Origin: a virus
Lineage: Duplodnaviria > Caudoviricetes
IMG/VR virus record: IMGVR_UViG_3300005577_000027
Location: 67,452-131,451 of that record
Reading direction: 5' to 3' (one strand)
DNA: 64,000 nt
Part shown: in pieces, positions 54,804 through 62,884 of the stretch
Position numbering within the stretch: position 1 is the first letter of the stretch
Layout of the letters: each line of letters opens with the position of its first letter
The notes under the pieces: model-generated
What the model saw: only the letters and a program-made list of their open reading frames with translations
Databases searched by the model: none
Told to the model about the DNA's origin: nothing
Made by a program: the position numbers and the translations under genes

Positions 54804-55979
54804 TTAATTCACTATTTGAAATATTAACCATTCTTCATCAGTTTGAATATCTGGATAATCTTTTCCATTTAAAAAATAACTTTTATATTCATTTGGGGAT
54901 TCCATTGCTGGACCATCAACTCTATGGCATAATCCATTTTGATACCAACATTTATCACCATTAGAAAATTCTATTGCTGGACCATTTTTTCTATGAAGCA
55001 ATCCATATTGATACCAATATTTATTACCATTAAAATATTCTACAGCAGCGCCATCTTCTCTATGAAGAATAGTTGTACCTTCTTTATACCAAAAAATATT
55101 TCCGTATTTATCTGTTTTTGAATAAACTTTTGTCATATTAATTTAATATTTGAAATATAATCCACTCTTCGTCAGAGTGAATATTTGAATATTCATTTCC
55201 ATACAACCAATATTGCTTATAACTATTCTTCATTTCTAAAGCTGGACCATCTGTCCTATGAAACTGTCCATTAATAACCCACCATCTACTTCCATTAGGA
55301 TATTCTATTGCTGGACCATCTACTCTGTGAATTTTCCCATTTTGGTACCATCGCTTTTCTCCATCAGCATATTCTACAGCCGGACCATCTTCTCTATGTA
55401 AAATATCTGTACCTTCTTTATACCAATAAATATTACAATACTCTATTTTTGAATATATTTTTGTCATTAATTTAATATTTGGAATATAACCCATTCTTCA
55501 TCAGTTTTAATATCTGGATAATGTTTCCCATATAAATAATATGCTTTACGACCATCAATGCATTCTATAGCAGGACCATCTGTTCTGTGGCGTCTTCCAT
55601 TTTGATACCACCATTTTGTTCCATCATACCATTCTATTGCCGGACCATCTTCTCTATGGTAGATCAAATATCCTTCATTATCATTTTCTTTATACCATTC
55701 AATGCGATTTTCAAATTCTTTGCTGTATATTTTAATCATTTTTCAATTAATTATTTGAAATATTAACCACTCTTCATCATTTTTTATATCTGAATAATGA
55801 ATATTGTTTAACCAATATTCGTTTTTATAAAAAAATCTTTCATCATGATATTTTATCGCCGGGCCACTTACATTATGTAAACCACAATATGTAGAATAAT
55901 AAGCAGTAAAAATACCACAATCACTTGTATAATAATTTCTATTATAATTATTCGGTTTCATTTTGATTTTATATTTCAT
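54804..55979 (-). repeat. Cluster 5 of HREDGPA paralogs (54804..55136, 55138..55467, 55467..55739, 55743..55979)
   Basis: Four tandem members with EEW(L/I/V)IFQI(I/L/V)N. Confidence 0.9.
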
Positions 55980-56358
55980 CTAATAAATATATTCTCAAAG
56001 TTTTTTATAATTAAATCTAAAGATTAATTATATTTAATATAATATTTTATTGAATGTTAACAATTGTATTAATTCTGAACAAATAGAAATTTTAGCTTCC
56101 AAAACAGGATTATATTTTGTTTCTAAATTATTATATAATCTAGCCCTATCTTCTATTTTATTAAGAATAGATAATAATTCTTCTTTTGTTATATAATCTT
56201 CGTTTTTCATTTATTTATACCTATTTCACAATACCAACAATAAGCTCGAGTAGTTTTACATCCACAATTTTTACATCTTCCACGTAGCTTAGTTCGTATA
56301 TTTAAATATATAAAAATAAGTAATATTAAAACTATAAGTATAACAATAAATTTTTCCA

Positions 56359-57051
56359 TTATAAATTATTTAATTGATTTCCAATTTGTAATTCTTGTGA
56401 AATTTCTACCAGTCTATTTTTAATTTGAGGATTAATACTTTCTAATAAAGGTAGAATTTCTTTTCTAACTTTAACTCTTAAATAATCCATATTCTCATTT
56501 GACGGATCATTTGCATATAAAATATTCCACCGCTTTAAATGTGCTAAAATTCTGTTTTTAGGTACAGAGAGTAATGGCCTGAAAATTCCAATACCATTAT
56601 TAGACACTTCTGGCAAAACATTTAATGAGCCAATATTTTTACCACGCAAAAGTCTGATCATAACAGTCTCTGCATAATCGTCAAAATGATGTGCAGTTAC
56701 TATTACATTGCCATATTCAAACAATGCATCATATCTTGCTTTCCTTGCATGTGATTGTATTCCTTCCGGACCATCAATCACTTTTACCACCTTGCGATAA
56801 AAAGGAACATTGATTTTTAAAGCAAGATTTTCTGCTAAATCAAGTTCTGAATTAGCTTCATTTCTTAGACCATGATTGATTCCTACTGCAATACAATCAT
56901 GACCCAATTCTCTTGCTACTCGAGGAAAAGATACAAGCAAACATTGTGAATCAGAACCACCAGATACTCCTAAAGTAAATTTAGTAGGAGTTTTATAGTT
57001 TCGATTAATTGATTCAGTTAATGCTTTGTGAATATTTCGTTCGAGTTTCAT
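56359..57051 (-). CDS. tilS: tRNA(Ile)-lysidine synthase
   Basis: GVSGGSDS, NHGLR, ARKARY, TAHHFDD.AET, RPLL, DPSN; adjacent tRNA-CAT. Confidence 0.92.
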   Translation of the reverse strand: MKLERNIHKALTESINRNYKTPTKFTLGVSGGSDSQCLLVSFPRVARELGHDCIAVGINHGLRNEANSELDLAENLALKINVPFYRKVVKVIDGPEGIQSHARKARYDALFEYGNVIVTAHHFDDYAETVMIRLLRGKNIGSLNVLPEVSNNGIGIFRPLLSVPKNRILAHLKRWNILYANDPSNENMDYLRVKVRKEILPLLESINPQIKNRLVEISQELQIGNQLNNL

Positions 57052-57056
57052 TTTTT

Positions 57057-57092
57057 ATCTAACTCTTATATCGGTTAGCTGATATTAATATT
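57057..57092 (-). CRISPR. Orphan CRISPR repeat upstream of tilS
   Basis: atctaactcttatatcggttagctgatatt vs array gtctaactcttatagaggttagcttctatt (25/30), stem CTAAC/GTTAG intact. Confidence 0.7.
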
Positions 57093-57118
57093 TTGCTCCA
57101 ATTTCATTTTATTAAAAA

Positions 57119-57196
57119 TGGTGGGCCGTGTAGGACTTGAACCTACAGCCTCAAAATTATGAGTTTTTTGCTCTAGACCTATTGAGCTAACGGCCC
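57119..57196 (-). tRNA. tRNA-Ile2(CAT), with encoded CCA
   Basis: GGGCCGTTAGCTCA..CTCATAA..GGTTCAAGTCC..CGGCCCACCA; beside tilS. Confidence 0.88.
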
Positions 57197-57216
57197 GTAA
57201 TGTTTGTACTATCTTT

Positions 57217-57245
57217 AGTCTAAGTTCATTAACTTATATTGTCAA
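57217..57245 (-). promoter_or_regulatory. Promoter of the tRNA-Ile2/tilS unit
   Basis: TTGACA-N17-TAGACT. Confidence 0.75.
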
Positions 57246-57314
57246 GCGTTTTTAAAATTCTTTATAAAATCTATTAATAAATCTGAATAAGTTCATAACA
57301 TCGAGAGGAATGGT

Positions 57315-58019
57315 ATGAACTTATGTGTAATATGTAATACTGAAATTGAAAATTGTCAATCAAAATTTTGTTCACAAACTTGTAAAACAAAATATTTTAA
57401 TTCAAAAAATAATAATTATTCTATACAAAAAGACCGCGGAATCAATAGAAAACTATACTTTATAAATAAAAAGGGAGGATGTTGTGAAATTTGCGGGTAT
57501 AAACAAAACATGGCTGGATTAGTTTTTCATCATATAGACCCTAGTAAAAAAAAATTTAATGTTGATGGAAGGTCCCTAGGAAATAGATCTTTAAAAGAAT
57601 TAACACTTGAGGTGGAAAAATGCCAATTATTATGTCATCTATGTCATACTCATCATCATAATCCACATTTAGACATGAGTAATTTCGATGAACATATTAT
57701 TAATATTGAATTAAAAAGTCACATATGTAAAGAATTAATCAATAAAACTGAAGAAGAAATTAATAAAATTATTGAAAGTATAAATAATACTAATTTAAAT
57801 AAAACAGCTTTATGGTTAGAAGTATCTTCTACTGCATTATCTAATTTTTTAGATAGAGAAAATTTACGTGATAGAATCAAATTTTTCCGTCAAACTAAAA
57901 TTCAATGGCCTTCAAATGAAGAATTATTGAAAATGCTTTCAGAATCTAATTACTCAGCAGTTGGACGAAAATTAGGTGTAAGTGATAATGCTATTCGCAA
58001 ACATTTAAAATCCAAGTAA
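57315..58019 (+). CDS. HNH endonuclease with N-terminal Zn finger and C-terminal HTH (homing-type)
   Basis: CEICGY, FHHIDP..K, EVEKCQLLCHLCH, VGRKLGVSDNAIRK. Confidence 0.85.
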   Translation: MNLCVICNTEIENCQSKFCSQTCKTKYFNSKNNNYSIQKDRGINRKLYFINKKGGCCEICGYKQNMAGLVFHHIDPSKKKFNVDGRSLGNRSLKELTLEVEKCQLLCHLCHTHHHNPHLDMSNFDEHIINIELKSHICKELINKTEEEINKIIESINNTNLNKTALWLEVSSTALSNFLDRENLRDRIKFFRQTKIQWPSNEELLKMLSESNYSAVGRKLGVSDNAIRKHLKSK

Positions 58020-58173
58020 ACTTTAATTTTAAGGTATAATTAAGTTATTATTACAATATCTGCTTTAAATATTATTACGGTTACCTGATATTTACAATCC
58101 GTAATCTTCGTACTGTATTTAATTACATTGTCAAGCGGCTTATTATTTAATAAACAGCATAGTGCAGAAACTG

Positions 58174-59509
58174 GTCTAATTCTTTTTAGCGATTAGCTGC
58201 TATTATTTGCTTGATCTTTCAAATATCATCATGATACCGCCGTTGTAGTCTAACATTTATAGTAGTTAGCAACTATTACTTAATATCTTGTTTCAGTGCG
58301 ATTGAACTTCTTACTGTCGTTAATTCTTATATTAGTTAGCTGATATTGTTTGTTGAAGCCAAATTTAATCATGTCGACGAGAAACGTGTCTAACTCTTAT
58401 AGAGGTTAGCTTCTATTGATGCTGTTGAAAGTGGCACTCGATCCCACCATTTAGTCTCGGGCCTAACTCTTATAGAGGTTAGTTTCTATTGCTAATATGG
58501 TGACGATGATGTCTAGTACGTGGACTATTATTTGCCTAACTCTCATAGAGGTTAGCTTCTATTACTGACGGGCCGGTGAGAAAGAATAAGATATTCGGAC
58601 GACTAATCTAACTCTCATAGAGGTTAGCTTCTATTATTGACATCGACCGCTTCGCGCGATTTGCGGTTGGAGGGCCGTCTAACTCTTATAGAGGTTAGTT
58701 TCTATTGATGCCGCTATGTGGTGGAGGATGTCTGCCATCACCATTTCGTCTAACTCTTAGAGAGGTTAGCTTCTATTGCTGACTTCGCACTATTTTTTTG
58801 ATCGGTCAGCAGCTTTACGCATTTAACTCTTATAGATGTTAGTTTCTATTGATGCCAGTCGAGAGTGGCACTCGACACCATCATTTAATCCTCACGTCTA
58901 AACTCTTATAGAGGTTAGTTTCTATTACTGACCGCCCTCAGTGACGCCAGGCCCGCCTAACTCTTATAGAGGTTAGTTTCTATTGTTGATAACGTAAGAA
59001 CCGGAGACTGCGTTGGTGACTGGCCGCAAGCCTAACTCTTATAAAGGTTAGCTTCTATTGCTGACGTTTGTTATTTTGTTAAAATTTCTGTCACAATCTG
59101 TCTAATTCTTATAGAGATTAGCTACTATTGATGATGTAATTAAATTACTGCCTAGTGTGTTTTCGCCTTTGCACTGTTCGTCATAGTCTAACTTTTATAG
59201 AAGTTAGCTTCTATTGACGCAGTCATACCTAACGTGAGCATTTCGATTCAAAGTGTCGTCTAACTCTTATAGAGGTTAGCTTCTATTGCCAACACCAAGG
59301 GGGATAAACTTGGCGCCTACTTGGATGCGGTCTAACGCTTATAGAGGTTAGCTTCTATTGCCAACCGACTTAGATCCCGCTGGAAAGTAATGGCAGAATC
59401 GGTCTAACGCTTATAGAGGTTAGCTTCTATTGCCAACAGTGGGTGCAAAAATGGCTGCCAACATCTATTACAGGTCTAACGCTTATAGAGGTTAGCTTCT
59501 ATTGCCAAC
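58174..59509 (-). CRISPR. CRISPR array: 19 repeats (36 nt) and 18 spacers (22-50 nt)
   Basis: Leader-proximal repeat GTTGGCAATAGAAGCTAACCTCTATAAGCGTTAGAC (minus strand). Repeat left ends at 59474, 59402, 59330, 59258, 59186, 59100, 59030, 58955, 58896, 58821, 58748, 58677, 58606, 58534, 58461, 58388, 58318, 58248, 58174. Confidence 0.97.
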
Positions 59510-59700
59510 GGGCGATCAAAATTACTTATATTTTCAAAGATCTACGAAGCACATTGCGAGAGGTTACGTTTACACCCCATCACGCAATGATTATAGTCAC
59601 GATTCAGGCAAACGTCAACCAAATTTAAGCTAATAATTCTGGTGACTTACGTGTTTTGCGAGCGGTTCCGGGTAATTTCACAGCACCAGACCGCTCGCCA
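59510..59700 (-). promoter_or_regulatory. CRISPR leader with promoter TTGACG-N17-TATAAT (59590..59618)
   Basis: Promoter points into the array; inverted repeats CATTGCG/CGCAATG (59552-59589) and GCGAGCGGT/ACCGCTCGC (59658-59698). Confidence 0.8.
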
Positions 59701-61721
59701 TGTCGATCAAACAAGTGAGCTGCCGCATTGTAATTAACGTTTACAGATTTATTACATTTTTTACAATGTACGTCTGATAATTCTTTTTGATTAATTAATT
59801 CTCCGCCACATTTAAAATGTTCTTTAGAAATATTTTTTGCGTTTTCTTCACAAAAATCTTTTCCAAATTTCTGCTTTAGTGCGTCAGTTAAAACACTTAC
59901 TCCAACAAATTGACGCACCGCATTAGCATTTTCTTCTTGCTTTGTACGATTATCATTTTCAACATCAGGAGTTTCGGCAGTTTTAGATTTATCCCAGTTT
60001 TCAACGATAACCTTTCCATAGGTGCTAGATAACTTCTTTGCAAAACAACGGTAAATTTCTTTTCGATGTTTTCGAAGTTTTGATTCAATACCACGGGCCC
60101 AATTAATTAAATGAATTTCTTTTTCTGCCCAAGTCTTTAAATAAAAAGCCATCTGAACATTGGGATCATCAATCGAATTATCTTTACACCACTGAATAGT
60201 ATTATCTAATGTTGTAAATAAATCATCTTTATCACTACAATTTTTCCAAGGTTTATTTTCTTTACAATGAGTTTTCCATTTTTTCCAAAGATCATACCAA
60301 GTATTATCTGGTAAAAATACTTTAGCTAATTCTTTAGAGACGAATAGAAGTTTTTTATGCGATCTCCACTGTGGCAAATTTGTGAAATATTTCGTAATAC
60401 ATTCATCTAAATTTGAATTCTTTAACCATTTTGATACATCTTTCTTAACAGAATCAAAATGTTTATCAGCATGACTAATCAATGTTTCTTTATAAACTAT
60501 ATTTGCACGCATCTTAGAAGGCAAAATTAATTCATTATAATTTTTACCATCAAAGCTAGTAGCAACGGTAATATCATCTGTTTGATCATTTACTTTCCAT
60601 CCTAAATTAATAGCAACATCATCTGGACGAATAGCTGAAGGCTGAGTAAATGAATTAGACTCAATCGTAAATTGAATATTATAAATACTACGATATCCAA
60701 TTTTAGATACAACTAAAAATACCCATTTAATTGTAGCATCTTCTGGCATTTGGCGATGCATAATAAAAGGAATATCTACAAACTTTCCAGTTTTTTCAGT
60801 GCCAAAAAGTTTAATGCGCGCTGTAGCTAAAACTTTATTTTTCTTTTTATTTTGCCGTAAATAAACTTCTGGATGTAAATCAATCTTAAGAACAGGACTT
60901 GACCCACTTAGGGCATCTTTAATTGACAGACCTTTATTTTGAGTAAGCTGCATGCCAATTTTTCCTGAACCATCAAATGATTTAAATTTTGGCTCAAATT
61001 TAGAATTTGAAAAGGATTGTTTTGCAGCCTCTTCAATACTAACATAAGTTCCACTTGAGCATTTGCAATTACTTCTTGCTCGTTTATTTGATGCTTCAGC
61101 TGATTTAGAAATTTTCGCTTTGATAGCCCAAAACCTATTTCCACCATCAATCATTTCTTTGTAGAGATTATTCACTACATTGTGACGATTAACATCATTT
61201 GGACCAAGAGAATCCTTATTTAATTCTTTAGCTTTTTGTTCTAAGCGTTCTTTCTTTAGAAGAGAAAATTTACTATCAGCTTCTTTGAAATAATCTAAAT
61301 TTAATTGAGTATGAATAGATTTAATCTTAGCACTTAAATCTTTTTTCTTTAATTTTAAATCCTTAATTTCTACAGCTTGCGGAGTTAACTGACGATTTTT
61401 TTTAGGAAATTTAGGATCTAAACTATTTTCCGCACGGCCGCCAAAACTTTTACGTAATTCAATAATTTTCTCTTCAGTGAGAAGTAGATCGTTTTCCAGC
61501 TGACGTAATTCTGGTGACATTAATTTACGAAGGTTACGGAAGCGATTTCGACGCTTTCGTTCAATTTCTACAAGTTTGTTTCGGTATTTATGCGCAAAAT
61601 ATAATTGATCATTAATTAATTTAATTTGCTCTGATTCTTTAGGAAGAAAAGCTCCATAAGAATACACTTTCGTTTCAGAGGTTGAAGTTTTACGAGCGTT
61701 GGATTTTTTAACTGGTTCCAT
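59625..61721 (-). CDS. cas12m: Type V CRISPR effector, Cas12m (V-U1)-like, RuvC predicted inactive
   Basis: VYSYG..AHKYRNKLVEIE, FDGSGKIGMQL, MHRQMPEDA.IK, RuvC-I VAINLGWK, QWRS, RKEIYR, RuvC-II IVENW, Zn finger HFKC/CKKC, RuvC-III NVNYNAA; adjacent array. Confidence 0.85.
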   Translation of the reverse strand: MEPVKKSNARKTSTSETKVYSYGAFLPKESEQIKLINDQLYFAHKYRNKLVEIERKRRNRFRNLRKLMSPELRQLENDLLLTEEKIIELRKSFGGRAENSLDPKFPKKNRQLTPQAVEIKDLKLKKKDLSAKIKSIHTQLNLDYFKEADSKFSLLKKERLEQKAKELNKDSLGPNDVNRHNVVNNLYKEMIDGGNRFWAIKAKISKSAEASNKRARSNCKCSSGTYVSIEEAAKQSFSNSKFEPKFKSFDGSGKIGMQLTQNKGLSIKDALSGSSPVLKIDLHPEVYLRQNKKKNKVLATARIKLFGTEKTGKFVDIPFIMHRQMPEDATIKWVFLVVSKIGYRSIYNIQFTIESNSFTQPSAIRPDDVAINLGWKVNDQTDDITVATSFDGKNYNELILPSKMRANIVYKETLISHADKHFDSVKKDVSKWLKNSNLDECITKYFTNLPQWRSHKKLLFVSKELAKVFLPDNTWYDLWKKWKTHCKENKPWKNCSDKDDLFTTLDNTIQWCKDNSIDDPNVQMAFYLKTWAEKEIHLINWARGIESKLRKHRKEIYRCFAKKLSSTYGKVIVENWDKSKTAETPDVENDNRTKQEENANAVRQFVGVSVLTDALKQKFGKDFCEENAKNISKEHFKCGGELINQKELSDVHCKKCNKSVNVNYNAAAHLFDRHGERSGAVKLPGTARKTRKSPELLA

Positions 61722-61771
61722 AATATTATTTATTGGTTATGTATTATATGTAAATCGTAAATGGGTATATG

Positions 61772-62326
61772 TCAAGAATTAATATTTAAATCTAATTTAG
61801 ACTTATATAAAAAATTCGTCCCTGATTCTTTAATTTTTTGAATTATAGTTTTTATAACGTTTTCATCTAATCTGCGCCATTCAGTTCCGCCATCTAAGTG
61901 ATATTTAGATGTATAGTATTTAATAGCATTTTTTAATTTTAGATTTCCATCTATTGTGTAAATTGTTTGGAAATGCTCAGGATTACCAACTTGAATATTT
62001 TTTACTCGTTTATTTGGAGCAATAGATAATCCAATTTTCCATATAGTTGGATCATTCGAATGTCTAGCAAAATAAACTTGAGTTTTTCTATTTTTAATTT
62101 TACTAATAGATTTTTTATCCAAACCTAATGGATCATATTTAATATGAATATTCAATTTACATTTTTTAATTAATTTAATATATTCTTGAAATATAAGAAA
62201 ATCATCTTCTAATTCTGGTAGATTCTTTATTTGTTTTTTACCAGAATTAGGATTAAAATTATGTTTTCGTTGAATTAATTTCAATCTATTTTCAATATAT
62301 TTAATTACATTTAATTTATCAATCAT
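61772..62326 (-). CDS. GIY-YIG/T5orf172-like domain protein
   Basis: VYFAR..WKIGLS..PNKRVKNIQVGNP..TEW. Confidence 0.75.
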   Translation of the reverse strand: MIDKLNVIKYIENRLKLIQRKHNFNPNSGKKQIKNLPELEDDFLIFQEYIKLIKKCKLNIHIKYDPLGLDKKSISKIKNRKTQVYFARHSNDPTIWKIGLSIAPNKRVKNIQVGNPEHFQTIYTIDGNLKLKNAIKYYTSKYHLDGGTEWRRLDENVIKTIIQKIKESGTNFLYKSKLDLNINS

Positions 62327-62328
62327 AA

Positions 62329-62739
62329 TTATTTCGTAATTGTTGTAATCAATTCTTTTACAGCAAAATAATCTGGAGAATTATATCTTATAATACCATT
62401 AGAGATTAAATCTATACTATCATTTAAAAGAAGCATAGAAAAAATTAAAACAATTGCACCGCAAATGGCTTGCGAAAAAACAAAATAAGAATCAGTTTTA
62501 ATAAGTTTAAGAAACATATTATAAACTAATTTTTTATAAACAAGTAATATTAGCATAATAATTACACTATATCCAATGCCTTTAATGATTTCTTGTATTG
62601 CTAACATCCGCTGATAATGGACCAAAATTTTCCAAGCATCCGGAGTAACTTTAGCAACGGAATTGGCTATATGTTCTACTCCATTGCTAATTTTGTTTAT
62701 TACATTATCAACTAAATCTAATGTTGTTTTATTATCCAT
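62329..62739 (-). CDS. Hypothetical membrane protein
   Basis: Two TM segments, C-terminal PDYFAVKE. Confidence 0.6.
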   Translation of the reverse strand: MDNKTTLDLVDNVINKISNGVEHIANSVAKVTPDAWKILVHYQRMLAIQEIIKGIGYSVIIMLILLVYKKLVYNMFLKLIKTDSYFVFSQAICGAIVLIFSMLLLNDSIDLISNGIIRYNSPDYFAVKELITTITK

Positions 62740-62764
62740 TTTTTATTTCTATTTAAAAAAGTAG

Positions 62765-62837
62765 CTCCAGCTCAAGGACTCGAACCTTGGACCCGGCGGT
62801 TAACAGCCGCCTGCTCTACCAACTGAGCTAAGCTGGA
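62765..62837 (-). tRNA. tRNA-Asn(GTT)
   Basis: TCCAGCTTAGCTCAGTTGGTAGAGC..CTGTTAA..GGTTCGAGTCC..AGCTGGAG; promoter TTGACA-N17-TATTAT at 62853..62881. Confidence 0.93.
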
Positions 62838-62884
62838 ATGTTTATTATCTATATAATAGATCTTACGTATCAATTTGTCAAGGC

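Noticed and set aside
17108-57289. Possible late-promoter motif WATA-N5-GHATW before a few genes (17108, 25190, 49896, 57276)
   Set aside because: Too low in information for such AT-rich DNA without motif statistics
58424-58460. Complete CIRCE operator in spacer
   Set aside because: Only one arm is present; no partner arm at 9-nt spacing
59443-59628. 61-aa plus-strand ORF
   Set aside because: Spans spacer, repeat and leader; spurious
59625-61721. IS605/IS607 TnpB transposon gene
   Set aside because: Too long, no TnpA or IS ends seen, and directly linked to a leader and CRISPR array
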